Program-made: the position numbers and the translations under genes
DNA from: a virus
DNA: 64,000 nt
IMG/VR virus record: IMGVR_UViG_3300027659_000011
Coordinates: 32,001-96,000 of that record
Direction: 5' to 3' (one strand)
The notes under the pieces: generated by a model
What the model was told of the DNA's origin: nothing
Database searches by the model: none
What the model saw: the letters and a program-made list of their open reading frames with translations, nothing else
Shown: positions 31,532 through 41,466 of the stretch, one piece after another
How positions within the stretch are numbered: the stretch's first letter is position 1
How the letters are laid out: every line of letters begins with the position of its first letter

Positions 31532-32980
31532 ATGCCAATTTCTTTTCCAGATAATCCCACACTTTACCAAACTACCACAACAGGTGGACAATCCTGGGCT
31601 TGGAATGGAGAAGCGTGGGTAAGTTCCGGTAGTTTAAGTGCTTACTACTATGTTCTACCTGATGCAAGCTCAACAACCCTAGGTGGAGTTAGAGTAGGTT
31701 CAGGACTATCGTATACATATACTAGCCCTTGGACTGCAACAATAACCGGTATAGGCTCTACCACAGGTTTAGCCGTTAACGATGTAATAACAGCAACTAA
31801 TAATGTAGGTAGTTTAGGTACTGGAGGTACTTATACTATATTATCTGTACCTAGCTCTACTAGCATAACTTTTAGAGCGGCAGGTGGTACAACTCCTATA
31901 GCTGGTTTAGTAACTACTATAACTAAAGGTGGTAGTAATTATGCTTCTGGAACAGTAACCGGAATTGTTGGAGCAAACGGTACTCTTAATGTTATAGGTG
32001 GTGCAGTAGGTGCTACAGGATCTAGTGGCCCTCCAGGAGGCTATCAAGGTGCTACAGGTGCTTCAGGTATTCAAGGATTTAATGGTACTAATGGACAACC
32101 AGGTTCTACAGGTGACCAAGGTGCTACAGGTGATCAAGGTACAATAGGTGCTACAGGTCAAGGTGCTACAGGTGCTTCAGGTGCTACAGGATATCAAGGT
32201 GCTACAGGATATCAAGGTGCTACAGGTGCTACAGGTGCCAGCGGACTGCAAGGTGCTACTGGTCAAGGTGCTACAGGTGCATCAGGAGCAACAGGTACAA
32301 TAGGTGCCACAGGTGCTAGTGGACTACAAGGTGCCACAGGTCAAGGTGCCACAGGTGCTTCAGGTGTCACAGGATATCAAGGTGCTACAGGATATCAAGG
32401 TGCTACAGGTGCTTCAGGTGTCACAGGGTATCAAGGTGCTTCAGGTGCCACAGGTACAATAGGAGCAACAGGTGCCTCTGGACTAACTGGACAAGGTGTA
32501 CAAGGTCTACAAGGTACTACAGGTGCTACAGGTGTTACAGGATATCAAGGTGCTACTGGTCAAGGTGCCACAGGCGCATCAGGTGCTAGCGGGTATCAAG
32601 GTGCTACAGGTGCCTCTGGGCTAATGGGAGCTACAGGAATAGGAACCTCAGGTCCTGCAGGACCCACAGGTAATATTACTAAAAATTACTTATACTCTGG
32701 TAGCTTAACTGTTAATACAGGTACTTTACGTTTTTACCTTGCTAACTCAGCTACTCTTACTAAAATAGTTAGTATTCTTCAAACAGCAGGCTCCTCAGAC
32801 ACTACTTTAGTTGTTAAAAAGAATGGTACTGCTATACAAACTATTACAGTTTCTGCTAGTACAACTACTACTACCTCAAATGTTAGTATTGCTCTTTCAG
32901 CCCTCGACTACTTAACAGTAGATATTACTGCCGCAGGAACTTCTGCTGCAAACCTTAATATGACTTTTGTTTACGGATAA
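31532..32980 (+). CDS. Collagen-like fibre/appendage protein
   Basis: [10 protein letters not shown]...WAWNGEAW N-terminus, [15 protein letters not shown] motif, ~220-aa GAT/GYQ tract, beta-rich C-terminal domain. Confidence 0.7.
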   Translation: MPISFPDNPTLYQTTTTGGQSWAWNGEAWVSSGSLSAYYYVLPDASSTTLGGVRVGSGLSYTYTSPWTATITGIGSTTGLAVNDVITATNNVGSLGTGGTYTILSVPSSTSITFRAAGGTTPIAGLVTTITKGGSNYASGTVTGIVGANGTLNVIGGAVGATGSSGPPGGYQGATGASGIQGFNGTNGQPGSTGDQGATGDQGTIGATGQGATGASGATGYQGATGYQGATGATGASGLQGATGQGATGASGATGTIGATGASGLQGATGQGATGASGVTGYQGATGYQGATGASGVTGYQGASGATGTIGATGASGLTGQGVQGLQGTTGATGVTGYQGATGQGATGASGASGYQGATGASGLMGATGIGTSGPAGPTGNITKNYLYSGSLTVNTGTLRFYLANSATLTKIVSILQTAGSSDTTLVVKKNGTAIQTITVSASTTTTTSNVSIALSALDYLTVDITAAGTSAANLNMTFVYG

Positions 32981-32986
32981 AATAAC

Positions 32987-33340
32987 ATGAATTATAAATC
33001 AATTGTCCAACATTTAAACTTTCCTGAGTTTTATCAAACTCGTACTGAATGGGAATATTTATATATAATACCTACAGAAACTTGTCATACGTTACAAGAT
33101 TTTTGCAATTTAATTACTGAGTACGGTATAAACTGCCAAGAAATAAAAATACACTCTACAGATCAAACCAGTTGGTACGTTATGTTTAAAAAAGGTGGAT
33201 CTATTAAACCAGATTTTCCAGGTCAAGTTATAGTAGCAGAGTATACAGAAGATCCAGCGGTTGATACTCCTGTTCAACCAGAATTATACGTACCAGCAGA
33301 GGTACCTGAAGATACAGCTACCCCTACAGTAGGAACATAA
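32987..33340 (+). CDS. Hypothetical protein
   Basis: 117-aa ORF tightly packed in fibre operon. Confidence 0.55.
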   Translation: MNYKSIVQHLNFPEFYQTRTEWEYLYIIPTETCHTLQDFCNLITEYGINCQEIKIHSTDQTSWYVMFKKGGSIKPDFPGQVIVAEYTEDPAVDTPVQPELYVPAEVPEDTATPTVGT

Positions 33341-33341
33341 A

Positions 33342-34634
33342 ATGTTTATAAAATTACTTTTTCATACCGGAACTAATCCACAGTATACTTTTAAAATATT
33401 AGATTATTTAATTAATCAAAGACCAGCTACAGGTACTAATTTAAAGACTTTGGTAACCGCAGCTAATGCAACTTTAGGTGCACTTATTGATGGAACAAAT
33501 AGTGCTATATGGAATAGTGGCACAGGTATAACTGCACTTACCAGCAATACTAAATCTGTTTTTTATAAACCTACTACTAGTGCGTGGGCGTATAGCTGGA
33601 ACATAGAACTTGCTGGATATGATAGGCCCAACAACGATAAACACGTAGTGCAATTTTCAGACCCTGGAGCTTATAATGAATCTTATGGGTCTAGCGCACC
33701 TTATGTATATAATTTTTGGAATACTGCAGGTACATCAATCAGCACGCTAACTGGTGAGGCTATAGGTACTATTAATTTTGGTACCTCTACTACAAGTGGC
33801 TCAGGCACTTTAACATTAACAAATCAATCTCCTGCTTCTCCAGCTAGTGGTTTTTATGATAGCAGTTTCATGGGTACTAGTTTAACAGGTGCAGTTATGT
33901 ACATAACTGATAACTGTTTTATGTTTAGTTTTAACGGAGCCGGTGTAAAAAGAGAAAATGGATTTCCTGCAGGCGCACACCTTGACAATACAAGTTACTA
34001 TAGAGGCATACATTTTGTAGGACAATACACAAGAACAGATCCTTGGAATACTGCTGCTAATAATGTACCACCTTTTGTATGCTCTCAACATGGTAGTCCA
34101 AACAAATATGGTATGGGATTTTTAGCTAGTTTAAATCAAGTGTCCGCTTATCAAAATGTTCGCGGTAATAACCCCGGTGTTGCAGCTTTAGTTGCTGATC
34201 GTCAATTAGATAATAGCTATAGTAGTACTAATAGTACACAACCTTGGGTAGCAAATAAACCTGTTAATTTTGGTTGTGGTAATAGATTTAACGATTGCTG
34301 GGGATTAGGTGAAAGTAATATTGAGCAATACTATAATAGTCAGTTCAATTACAGAGATGGTGCTAATGTTGGGGCTCCTTTAACCAGAACAGCAGGTACA
34401 AGGTATCTTTCCAGTGATTTAAAATCTACTAGCTATGCCTTACTACCTCTTACTTGGGCTAATGCCTGGTATAATAATACTGGTGGCAATATATCTGATA
34501 AAACTGGTGTATTCTGGTTTAATGGGGACTACTTTCCAGGAGATATATTAACATCAGGTACAAAAACTTATATTTTATGGCCTGGTGCCTTCTCACATAC
34601 TGAAAGAATAGCACTAGCAGTGCCAAGGGAATAA
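33342..34634 (+). CDS. Putative virion structural protein, paralogue of 34638-35888
   Basis: Shared motifs YITD.CF, QYTR.D.WNT.AN, ALLPLTW, FNG.Y.PGD...ILWP...AVP(R/K)E. Confidence 0.55.
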   Translation: MFIKLLFHTGTNPQYTFKILDYLINQRPATGTNLKTLVTAANATLGALIDGTNSAIWNSGTGITALTSNTKSVFYKPTTSAWAYSWNIELAGYDRPNNDKHVVQFSDPGAYNESYGSSAPYVYNFWNTAGTSISTLTGEAIGTINFGTSTTSGSGTLTLTNQSPASPASGFYDSSFMGTSLTGAVMYITDNCFMFSFNGAGVKRENGFPAGAHLDNTSYYRGIHFVGQYTRTDPWNTAANNVPPFVCSQHGSPNKYGMGFLASLNQVSAYQNVRGNNPGVAALVADRQLDNSYSSTNSTQPWVANKPVNFGCGNRFNDCWGLGESNIEQYYNSQFNYRDGANVGAPLTRTAGTRYLSSDLKSTSYALLPLTWANAWYNNTGGNISDKTGVFWFNGDYFPGDILTSGTKTYILWPGAFSHTERIALAVPRE

Positions 34635-34637
34635 AAA

Positions 34638-35888
34638 ATGTATATAAGATTAATTTATACTGCGGATAAGAATTTAGAACAACTACTTAGAACACTTGCC
34701 TATATTATAAATACTCCCACAATTACTAGTGCCGGAACCCTTAATACTGCTTTATCTAATACAGGTATATTTGCCTCAGATATCGGTTCAGGGTTTGACT
34801 CCAGTAATAGTGAAATAATTAGAACTGTAAATTTAAGTAGTACCGTAGCACATATAGCAAAACCTGCTATGAGTAATACTATTAATTTCACACTAGAACA
34901 GTCTGTGTATGACGCACCAAGTACTAAATACTACTATCAAATAAACCAAATAAACTACTCAGGTGCTGCCCCAAATGTCATGATGGGAAATGGCTTAACT
35001 GGTGGAACAATAACTAGTAGTCAACTACCACAAACTCAAGCTTCAAGCTCAGCTACTGCTGCTGGTACACTATTAAGTTTAGTTAATAGTAGTTTTGATT
35101 ATGGTCAGCAACAAGCTATAGCAGGTCAAACAAGTTGGCGAGCTTTACATGTATATATAACTGATAAATGTTTTTTGTGGGGTATTAGTGTAGCTGGTGG
35201 TCCTACAGGTGTAGGCTGGAGTGGAACATATAATAATAATGGTAATTACACAGTATCAGGTTTAGGTTGCTGGCAATACACTAGATTAGATCATTGGAAT
35301 ACTGATGCAAATGGTATAATACCTGTAGCTGGTGCAAGAATGACAGGTGTAGGTTCAGGAATATATAGTAACAGTAGTCATTGGACTACTGTTACTAATA
35401 CATCTCCAAGTGGTGGTGCCTATGTTAATTCATACTATAATTTCTTAAAGGTGTTTAATTTAATAAACTATAACCCAACCTCTACTACCGGTAGTTTTAC
35501 CAGAGAGTTTAACAGATACGTTGCTCACGGATTAGGAGGTATAAGAACCTCAGAAACTAAAGGTCATACAGTTAGTCTAGATCAATCATATACAGGTATG
35601 GAAAATGCTGTAACTACAAATAAAAGTATTAGTGTTACTGCTGGTGAAAAAGTAGCTAATGCTACAAATACGGGTATGGCTTTTGCCCTATTACCTCTTA
35701 CATGGACTATGTCTGGAGGTTCATGTTGGGGAGGTGGAGATATATCTGCTCAGTCGGGGTTTTATATATTTAATGGTGAATATGCTCCAGGAGATACCCT
35801 TACATATAGCGGAAAAACATTTATATTGTGGCCAACTAATCTAGGTCCTGTTACTAGTAGGCTTGCAATAGCTGTGCCAAAGGAGTAA
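34638..35888 (+). CDS. Putative virion structural protein, paralogue of 33342-34634
   Basis: Same motif set as upstream gene. Confidence 0.55.
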   Translation: MYIRLIYTADKNLEQLLRTLAYIINTPTITSAGTLNTALSNTGIFASDIGSGFDSSNSEIIRTVNLSSTVAHIAKPAMSNTINFTLEQSVYDAPSTKYYYQINQINYSGAAPNVMMGNGLTGGTITSSQLPQTQASSSATAAGTLLSLVNSSFDYGQQQAIAGQTSWRALHVYITDKCFLWGISVAGGPTGVGWSGTYNNNGNYTVSGLGCWQYTRLDHWNTDANGIIPVAGARMTGVGSGIYSNSSHWTTVTNTSPSGGAYVNSYYNFLKVFNLINYNPTSTTGSFTREFNRYVAHGLGGIRTSETKGHTVSLDQSYTGMENAVTTNKSISVTAGEKVANATNTGMAFALLPLTWTMSGGSCWGGGDISAQSGFYIFNGEYAPGDTLTYSGKTFILWPTNLGPVTSRLAIAVPKE

Positions 35889-35892
35889 GTAG

Positions 35893-36945
35893 ATGGCTGT
35901 TATAACTGCTTTTGAACCATACTTACTTCAAACTAGTTCCATAATACCTGTACAGCCTGTTACATTTAATACAATGACTAACAGTAACCCAGTTTTTGTA
36001 GCATTAACCCAAACTAACTCAACCATACCAGTAACCCCAATTAACCCTACCCAACAAGTTAATTTTAGAAACGCAAATTTTTCAGGCGGCTCAGCTAGGA
36101 TTACAGAAGGTTTAACTATTACAGACGCTGGTAATACTATAAATCTAGGAGCTAATGCAACTGTTGAATTATGGTTATGGGCTGACGAACTTCCAACTGC
36201 TGCGTCTAATCTTATTATTCCTATTATTGCAAAACGTGATAATACAAGTACTTCACCACCTAACTGGTTATTTCTATACTTTGACAGTAACGGATATTTA
36301 ACCTTACAAGTATCTTCCGCCTCAGTTGCAGGAGCCTGGGGTTTATCACAAACAGGTACCAGAGGTATTAGTCCTGCAAGATGGAATCATATTGCTATAG
36401 TTAGACAAACTACTTCAACTTGGACAGTATATCTTAATGGAGAGTTTTATTTAAGCGGTACTGTTGCAGGAGCTATTAATAATACTACTACTACATTAGT
36501 ATTAGGAGCAGCAGATAGTACTCGGTCAGTAATTGGTACTATTGGAAGATTAAGTGGCTATATAGATGGTTTAAGAATAAATACTACAACTGCAGTATAT
36601 ACTTCTGCTTTTGCACCTACTTATACTATTGCTCCAACAGTTACTCAAGATGCAAATGTTTACAATAATCCAAGTGCAGCTATTGCGTCAGGTACTGTAC
36701 TAGTATTCGACCCTCAGTTCGGAGGTACTTTTAGTGATTTAACAGGTACAACAAGAACATTTACTGGAGGATCCACACACTGGTTAACTCCTTTTGAAGG
36801 TGCAGTATCTAGCTCAGGCATAGCAAAACAAGTTGATCAAACTAATAAATCAATACCAGTAACCAACATATCTCCGTTTACACAAACTATTGGTGGCGGT
36901 GGTACTGTTGTTAGTGCTACTACTTTCACAGAAATGTGGATCTAA
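35893..36945 (+). CDS. LamG/ConA-like lectin domain protein
   Basis: ATVELWLW...RWNHIAIVRQ...VYLNG...LSGYIDGLRI...AVYTSAFAP. Confidence 0.7.
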   Translation: MAVITAFEPYLLQTSSIIPVQPVTFNTMTNSNPVFVALTQTNSTIPVTPINPTQQVNFRNANFSGGSARITEGLTITDAGNTINLGANATVELWLWADELPTAASNLIIPIIAKRDNTSTSPPNWLFLYFDSNGYLTLQVSSASVAGAWGLSQTGTRGISPARWNHIAIVRQTTSTWTVYLNGEFYLSGTVAGAINNTTTTLVLGAADSTRSVIGTIGRLSGYIDGLRINTTTAVYTSAFAPTYTIAPTVTQDANVYNNPSAAIASGTVLVFDPQFGGTFSDLTGTTRTFTGGSTHWLTPFEGAVSSSGIAKQVDQTNKSIPVTNISPFTQTIGGGGTVVSATTFTEMWI

Positions 36946-36950
36946 CTCAG

Positions 36951-36990
36951 ATTCCCGTACTCTAAGTTTTTAGGGGGCGGGAATTTTTTT
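36951..36990 (+). terminator. Intrinsic terminator ending first fibre operon
   Basis: ATTCCCGTACTCTAA-GTTT-TTAGGGGGCGGGAAT (G-U pairs, one mismatch) plus T run. Confidence 0.7.
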
Positions 36991-36993
36991 ATC

Positions 36994-37022
36994 TTGACAC
37001 TAATAGCCCAACATGGTATAAT
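36994..37022 (+). promoter_or_regulatory. Perfect-consensus sigma70 promoter
   Basis: TTGACA-17 nt-TATAAT with extended -10 TG. Confidence 0.85.
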
Positions 37023-37084
37023 AGAACAAAATTATAGAGGCGTGCTGAATTTACGCTTAAAATATATTAAAGAAAGCGCCGATT

Positions 37085-37438
37085 ATGGAACCAAATGATT
37101 TTAATACGGGTTCAGGCATACTTGTAGGTCTAGGGTTTACTTTAATAAGTATCTCATTTGGCATACAACAATTGGTTAAAGCCTGGAGAAATAACGCAGC
37201 TGAGTCAGCTTTAGTAAAAATGATGCAAGAAGAGTTAGCTCGTATGAGTCAACAAAATACTGCTCTTTCTAATGAAATTGGAAATCTACAAACAGAATTA
37301 ATTCGTTTGAGTCAACAATTAACTGATCTAACTATAGAGAATCAGAAACTACAATTAGAAGTTTCTATTTTGAACAAAGAAATTGCCAGACTACATATAC
37401 TTATGTCTGGGCCTAATAGTATTGGAGCAAAGAAATGA
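37085..37438 (+). CDS. Membrane-anchored coiled-coil protein
   Basis: N-terminal hydrophobic helix GILVGLGFTLISISFGI followed by heptad-rich region. Confidence 0.55.
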   Translation: MEPNDFNTGSGILVGLGFTLISISFGIQQLVKAWRNNAAESALVKMMQEELARMSQQNTALSNEIGNLQTELIRLSQQLTDLTIENQKLQLEVSILNKEIARLHILMSGPNSIGAKK

Positions 37439-38028
37439 CAACACCTGCAAAAATAAATTTTAAAGTTTATCAAGGCAGTACTTTTTCTGAGGTTCTAAGA
37501 TGGGAAAGTCCTACAAAAGTATATAAAAATATCTCTGCGATTACTCAAGCAGCTCCAATGGTTATTACTACTACTACAGCACACGGACTACCACCTAACT
37601 GGAGAATGAAAGTAACAAATGTGCTCGGTATGACAGATATTAACTCTACCGATAACTATCAAATAGCTACAGATGTTACTTCAACAGCAATTACTATAAA
37701 CTCAATAAACTCTTTAAGTTATAAGACTTATATAAGTGGTGGTGTAGTAGAATATAATCAACCTGTAGATCTAACAGGATACACTGGTAGGATGCAGATA
37801 CGATCTGATATTGACAGTGGGACAGTTATTGCAGAACTAACTACTGCTAATGGTGGTGTCTTAATAGATAACACTTTAAAAACTATTACTTTAACCTTAC
37901 CCGCATTAACTACAACAGGTTTTTTATTTACAACAGCAGTATACGATCTAGAACTAATATCCTCAGGTAACCAAGTAACTCAATTTTGCGGTGGTATTAT
38001 AACACTGTTCAAAGAGGTAACTAGATGA
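37435..38028 (+). CDS. Fibre-attachment/collar-like protein (T5 p132/BppU-N-like) with inserted small beta domain
   Basis: VYQGSTF...[14 protein letters not shown]...AVYDLEL...EVTR; insert [20 protein letters not shown]. Confidence 0.55.
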   Translation: MTTPAKINFKVYQGSTFSEVLRWESPTKVYKNISAITQAAPMVITTTTAHGLPPNWRMKVTNVLGMTDINSTDNYQIATDVTSTAITINSINSLSYKTYISGGVVEYNQPVDLTGYTGRMQIRSDIDSGTVIAELTTANGGVLIDNTLKTITLTLPALTTTGFLFTTAVYDLELISSGNQVTQFCGGIITLFKEVTR

Positions 38029-39356
38029 CCACTGAATTTATAGTAATTGAAACAGATAGTACCGAAACCGTATTAAATAATGATATTACTATAGTATTAG
38101 TAGACACTAATGTTTTACAAACTGTTATTGTACCAGTTACTGAAATAGTAGCTACACAACGAAAAGTTATTGAAACAGCTTCGTATATATCAGAATCAAC
38201 AGTAGCCTTACAAACTACTGTACTATCTCCTGTAATTGCTTCAGGAGCACAAGGTCCACAAGGTCCACCAGGTAGAGATGGATCAGCAGTTGCTCAAGGA
38301 TGGCAAGGTGCTACAGGATCTGAAGGTGCCCCAGGACCTCCAGGAGGGCCTATAGGTGCTACAGGAGCTAGTGGTTTACAAGGCGAAATAGGTGCTACAG
38401 GTGCTACAGGTGCAAGTGGTGTTACAGGATTTACAGGTGCTACAGGTGCAAGTGGTGTTACAGGATTTACAGGTGCTACAGGTGCAAGTGGTGTTACAGG
38501 ATTTACAGGTGCTACAGGTGCAAGTGGTGTTACAGGATTTACAGGTGCCACAGGTAGTTCTGGTATACAAGGTATACAAGGTATACAAGGTTATGTAGGT
38601 GCCACAGGTAGTTCTGGTATACAAGGATTTACAGGTGCCACAGGTAGTTCTGGTATACAAGGTATACAAGGTATTCAAGGTTATATAGGTGCTACAGGTA
38701 GTTCTGGTATACAGGGCATACAAGGTGCCACAGGTGAAAAAGGTGATTCAGGTCTGGGCTTTTCAATAGCTAAGACTTATATTTCAGTAGCAGCTTTAAT
38801 GGCCGATACTATACCCACAGGTATTTTAGTAGGTCAATTTGCTATAATTGATACTGGATCAGTAGAAGATCTTGAAACAAATAAATTATATATATGGACA
38901 GGTGTAGCTTATAACTATATAAGTGATCTGTCTGGTGCTCAAGGTATTAAAGGTCATACAGGTAGTACGGGTATACAAGGTATACAAGGTTATATAGGTG
39001 CTACAGGCAGTACAGGTATACAAGGTATACAAGGTACAACAGGTCCTCAAGGTACAACAGGTCCAATAGGTTATATTGGAGCCACAGGTAGTTCTGGTAT
39101 ACAGGGTATACAAGGAGCAACAGGCCCGCAAGGTATACAAGGTATACAAGGTGCAACAGGCTTGCAAGGTGCAACAGGCCCGCAAGGTGCAACAGGTTTT
39201 ACTGGTGCAACAGGTTTTTCAAAGATTAGTGAAGCTACAGATGTTGATAAAGATCAACTAAGTGACGGCTCTTTATTAATTTATGATAATAATACGTCCA
39301 AGTGGACGACAAAGAAACTATTAGACTCACAATCGGTTGATTGTGGACTATTTTAA
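38025..39356 (+). CDS. Collagen-like fibre protein
   Basis: Long GAT/GIQ triplet tracts with one globular insert; C-terminal DVD...[12 protein letters not shown]. Confidence 0.75.
   Translation: MTTEFIVIETDSTETVLNNDITIVLVDTNVLQTVIVPVTEIVATQRKVIETASYISESTVALQTTVLSPVIASGAQGPQGPPGRDGSAVAQGWQGATGSEGAPGPPGGPIGATGASGLQGEIGATGATGASGVTGFTGATGASGVTGFTGATGASGVTGFTGATGASGVTGFTGATGSSGIQGIQGIQGYVGATGSSGIQGFTGATGSSGIQGIQGIQGYIGATGSSGIQGIQGATGEKGDSGLGFSIAKTYISVAALMADTIPTGILVGQFAIIDTGSVEDLETNKLYIWTGVAYNYISDLSGAQGIKGHTGSTGIQGIQGYIGATGSTGIQGIQGTTGPQGTTGPIGYIGATGSSGIQGIQGATGPQGIQGIQGATGLQGATGPQGATGFTGATGFSKISEATDVDKDQLSDGSLLIYDNNTSKWTTKKLLDSQSVDCGLF
38400..38543 (+). repeat. Perfect 36-bp tandem repeat x4 ([12 protein letters not shown])
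   Basis: ggtgctacaggtgcaagtggtgttacaggatttaca repeated four times identically. Confidence 0.9.
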
Positions 39357-39368
39357 AAGGACATATAA

Positions 39369-41405
39369 ATGGCTGCTATTTTAAAAATCAAGCGTGGTCT
39401 AACGAGTACTTCGATCCCCACGCTTGCAACAGGTGAACTTGGTTATTCAATGGGCGTTGGCACTAGTGCCAATGGTGGAGACAGGTTATACATAGGTACA
39501 GGAGTTGAAACCGCAGGAGCTGCAGCTAGTGTAGTTGCAATTGGTGGTAAATACTTTACTGAATTACTAAAACAAACTCCCGGTATACTCACAGCATCTG
39601 CTGCAATTATTGTAGATGCAAATAAAAAGATAGATGAATTATTAGTTGATAATTTATCTTTAAATGGTAATACTTTAAGCACTACAGATACTAACGGAGA
39701 CTTATATTTAAATCCTAATGGTACAGGTAGAGTTTCAATAGCTAATGCTTTTAAACTACCACGTACAGATGGTACAGCAAATCAAGTTCTAAAAACAGAT
39801 GGTGCTGGTAATGTAACTTGGGGCAGTGCTGCAGCAAGTGGCGTAACTTCTATTGATGCTAGTGGTGGTACTACAGGATTAACATTCTCTGGTGGGCCAA
39901 TTACCTCAACCGGTACATTAACCTTAGCTGGTACTCTTGCAGTAGCCAATGGTGGTACTGGAGTAACTACTAAAACAGGTACAGGTTCAGTTGTTCTATC
40001 CGATAGCCCAACTTTAGTAACTCCTAATCTTGGTACTCCAACTACTCTAGTCCTTACTAGTGCAACAGGATTACCAGTTGCAACAGGTATCTCAGGATTA
40101 GGTGCTGGTGTTGCTACTGCTCTTGCTGCAGCAACTGGAGCCGCAGGTGGATTTATTACTGTTGGTAGTGCATTAGGTACTCCTTCAAGTATTACACTTA
40201 CAAACGGTACAGGCCTTCCTGTTTCAACAGGTATTTCAGGATTAGGTACTGGAGTTTCTACTGCTCTTGGAATTAATACTGGTAGTGCAGGTGCTTTCCT
40301 TGTTGATGGCGGTGCATTAGGTACTCCTTCTTCGGGTACACTTACAAATGCAACAGGTCTTCCAGTTGCAACAGGTATTTCAGGATTAGGTGCAAATGTT
40401 GCCTCCTTCTTAGCAACTCCTTCAAGCTCTAACTTAGCTGCAGCACTTACCACAAAAACTGGTACAGGCTCGGTGGTATTTGGAACATCTCCAACTATTA
40501 CTACTAGCATTGTTGCTGGTGGAGCAAGTTTTGACTTATTAAATACTGTAGCAACTACAGTTAACTTTGCTGGTGCAGCTACTGCCTTAAGTATTGGTGC
40601 TATCACTGGCACAACTACTGTTAATAATGATATTGTCTTAAAAGGCACTACAACAGTAGGTGGACACATCTTACCAGATGTTGATTCCGTAACTGATTTA
40701 GGTTCTAGTTCTAAACGTTTCCGTACTATATTCTTAAAAGGATCAACTATTGATCTAGGCGGAGCCACAATGTCTGGTTCTGCTGTTGGTGGCGTAACCA
40801 TGACCAGCCTCAATGGCACCCCTATCGGTGACGTTGTTCAAAGCACTGGTAAATTTACAACTTTAGAGAGTACTGGTAATGTCATAGTTGGTGGTAACTT
40901 AACAGTTAACGGAACTCTTACCTCCATCAACACAACAGCAGTTGAAGTTACTGATAAGACACTTGAACTTGGTAAAACAGTTACTCCAACAGAAGTTACT
41001 GCTAACGGTTCCGGTATCTTTGTAACAGGCACTAGTGAACACAGTTTCTTATACAACAGTACTACCACAAGCTGGAATTCCTCAGAACACTTAAATATAG
41101 CAACAGGTAAAGTATACGCAATTAATGGTGTATCAGTACTTGAAGCAACTACCCTAGGTACATCAGTTACTGGTTCTAGTTTAACTAGTGTTGGTATACT
41201 AACAACAGGTACTTGGTCAGCAACTAATATTGCTATGAACAAAGGTGGTACAGGTTCTAGTTTAACAGCAGTTAATGGTGGTATTACTTACTCAACTGGT
41301 TCAGCACTAGCTATTAGCGCTGCAGGTACTTCAGGTCAGTTTTTCGTATCAGGTGGAGCAGGTGCCCCAACTTGGACAGATACTATTGATGGTGGAACAT
41401 ATTAA
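39369..41405 (+). CDS. Tail fibre-like protein
   Basis: MAAILKIKRG...GELGYS...GGDRLYIG...IGGKYFT N-terminus; LGTPSS.TLTN.TGLPV.TGISGLG repeats; GNLTVNGT; ends IDGGTY. Confidence 0.7.
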   Translation: MAAILKIKRGLTSTSIPTLATGELGYSMGVGTSANGGDRLYIGTGVETAGAAASVVAIGGKYFTELLKQTPGILTASAAIIVDANKKIDELLVDNLSLNGNTLSTTDTNGDLYLNPNGTGRVSIANAFKLPRTDGTANQVLKTDGAGNVTWGSAAASGVTSIDASGGTTGLTFSGGPITSTGTLTLAGTLAVANGGTGVTTKTGTGSVVLSDSPTLVTPNLGTPTTLVLTSATGLPVATGISGLGAGVATALAAATGAAGGFITVGSALGTPSSITLTNGTGLPVSTGISGLGTGVSTALGINTGSAGAFLVDGGALGTPSSGTLTNATGLPVATGISGLGANVASFLATPSSSNLAAALTTKTGTGSVVFGTSPTITTSIVAGGASFDLLNTVATTVNFAGAATALSIGAITGTTTVNNDIVLKGTTTVGGHILPDVDSVTDLGSSSKRFRTIFLKGSTIDLGGATMSGSAVGGVTMTSLNGTPIGDVVQSTGKFTTLESTGNVIVGGNLTVNGTLTSINTTAVEVTDKTLELGKTVTPTEVTANGSGIFVTGTSEHSFLYNSTTTSWNSSEHLNIATGKVYAINGVSVLEATTLGTSVTGSSLTSVGILTTGTWSATNIAMNKGGTGSSLTAVNGGITYSTGSALAISAAGTSGQFFVSGGAGAPTWTDTIDGGTY

Positions 41406-41420
41406 TTAAAAAATATATAC

Positions 41421-41439
41421 AGGTGATTTTTCACCTTTT
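41421..41439 (+). terminator. Weak terminator-like hairpin
   Basis: AGGTGA-TTTT-TCACCT followed by TTT. Confidence 0.35.
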
Positions 41440-41466
41440 AGATAACTTGCCTTTTTAGGATACTAA

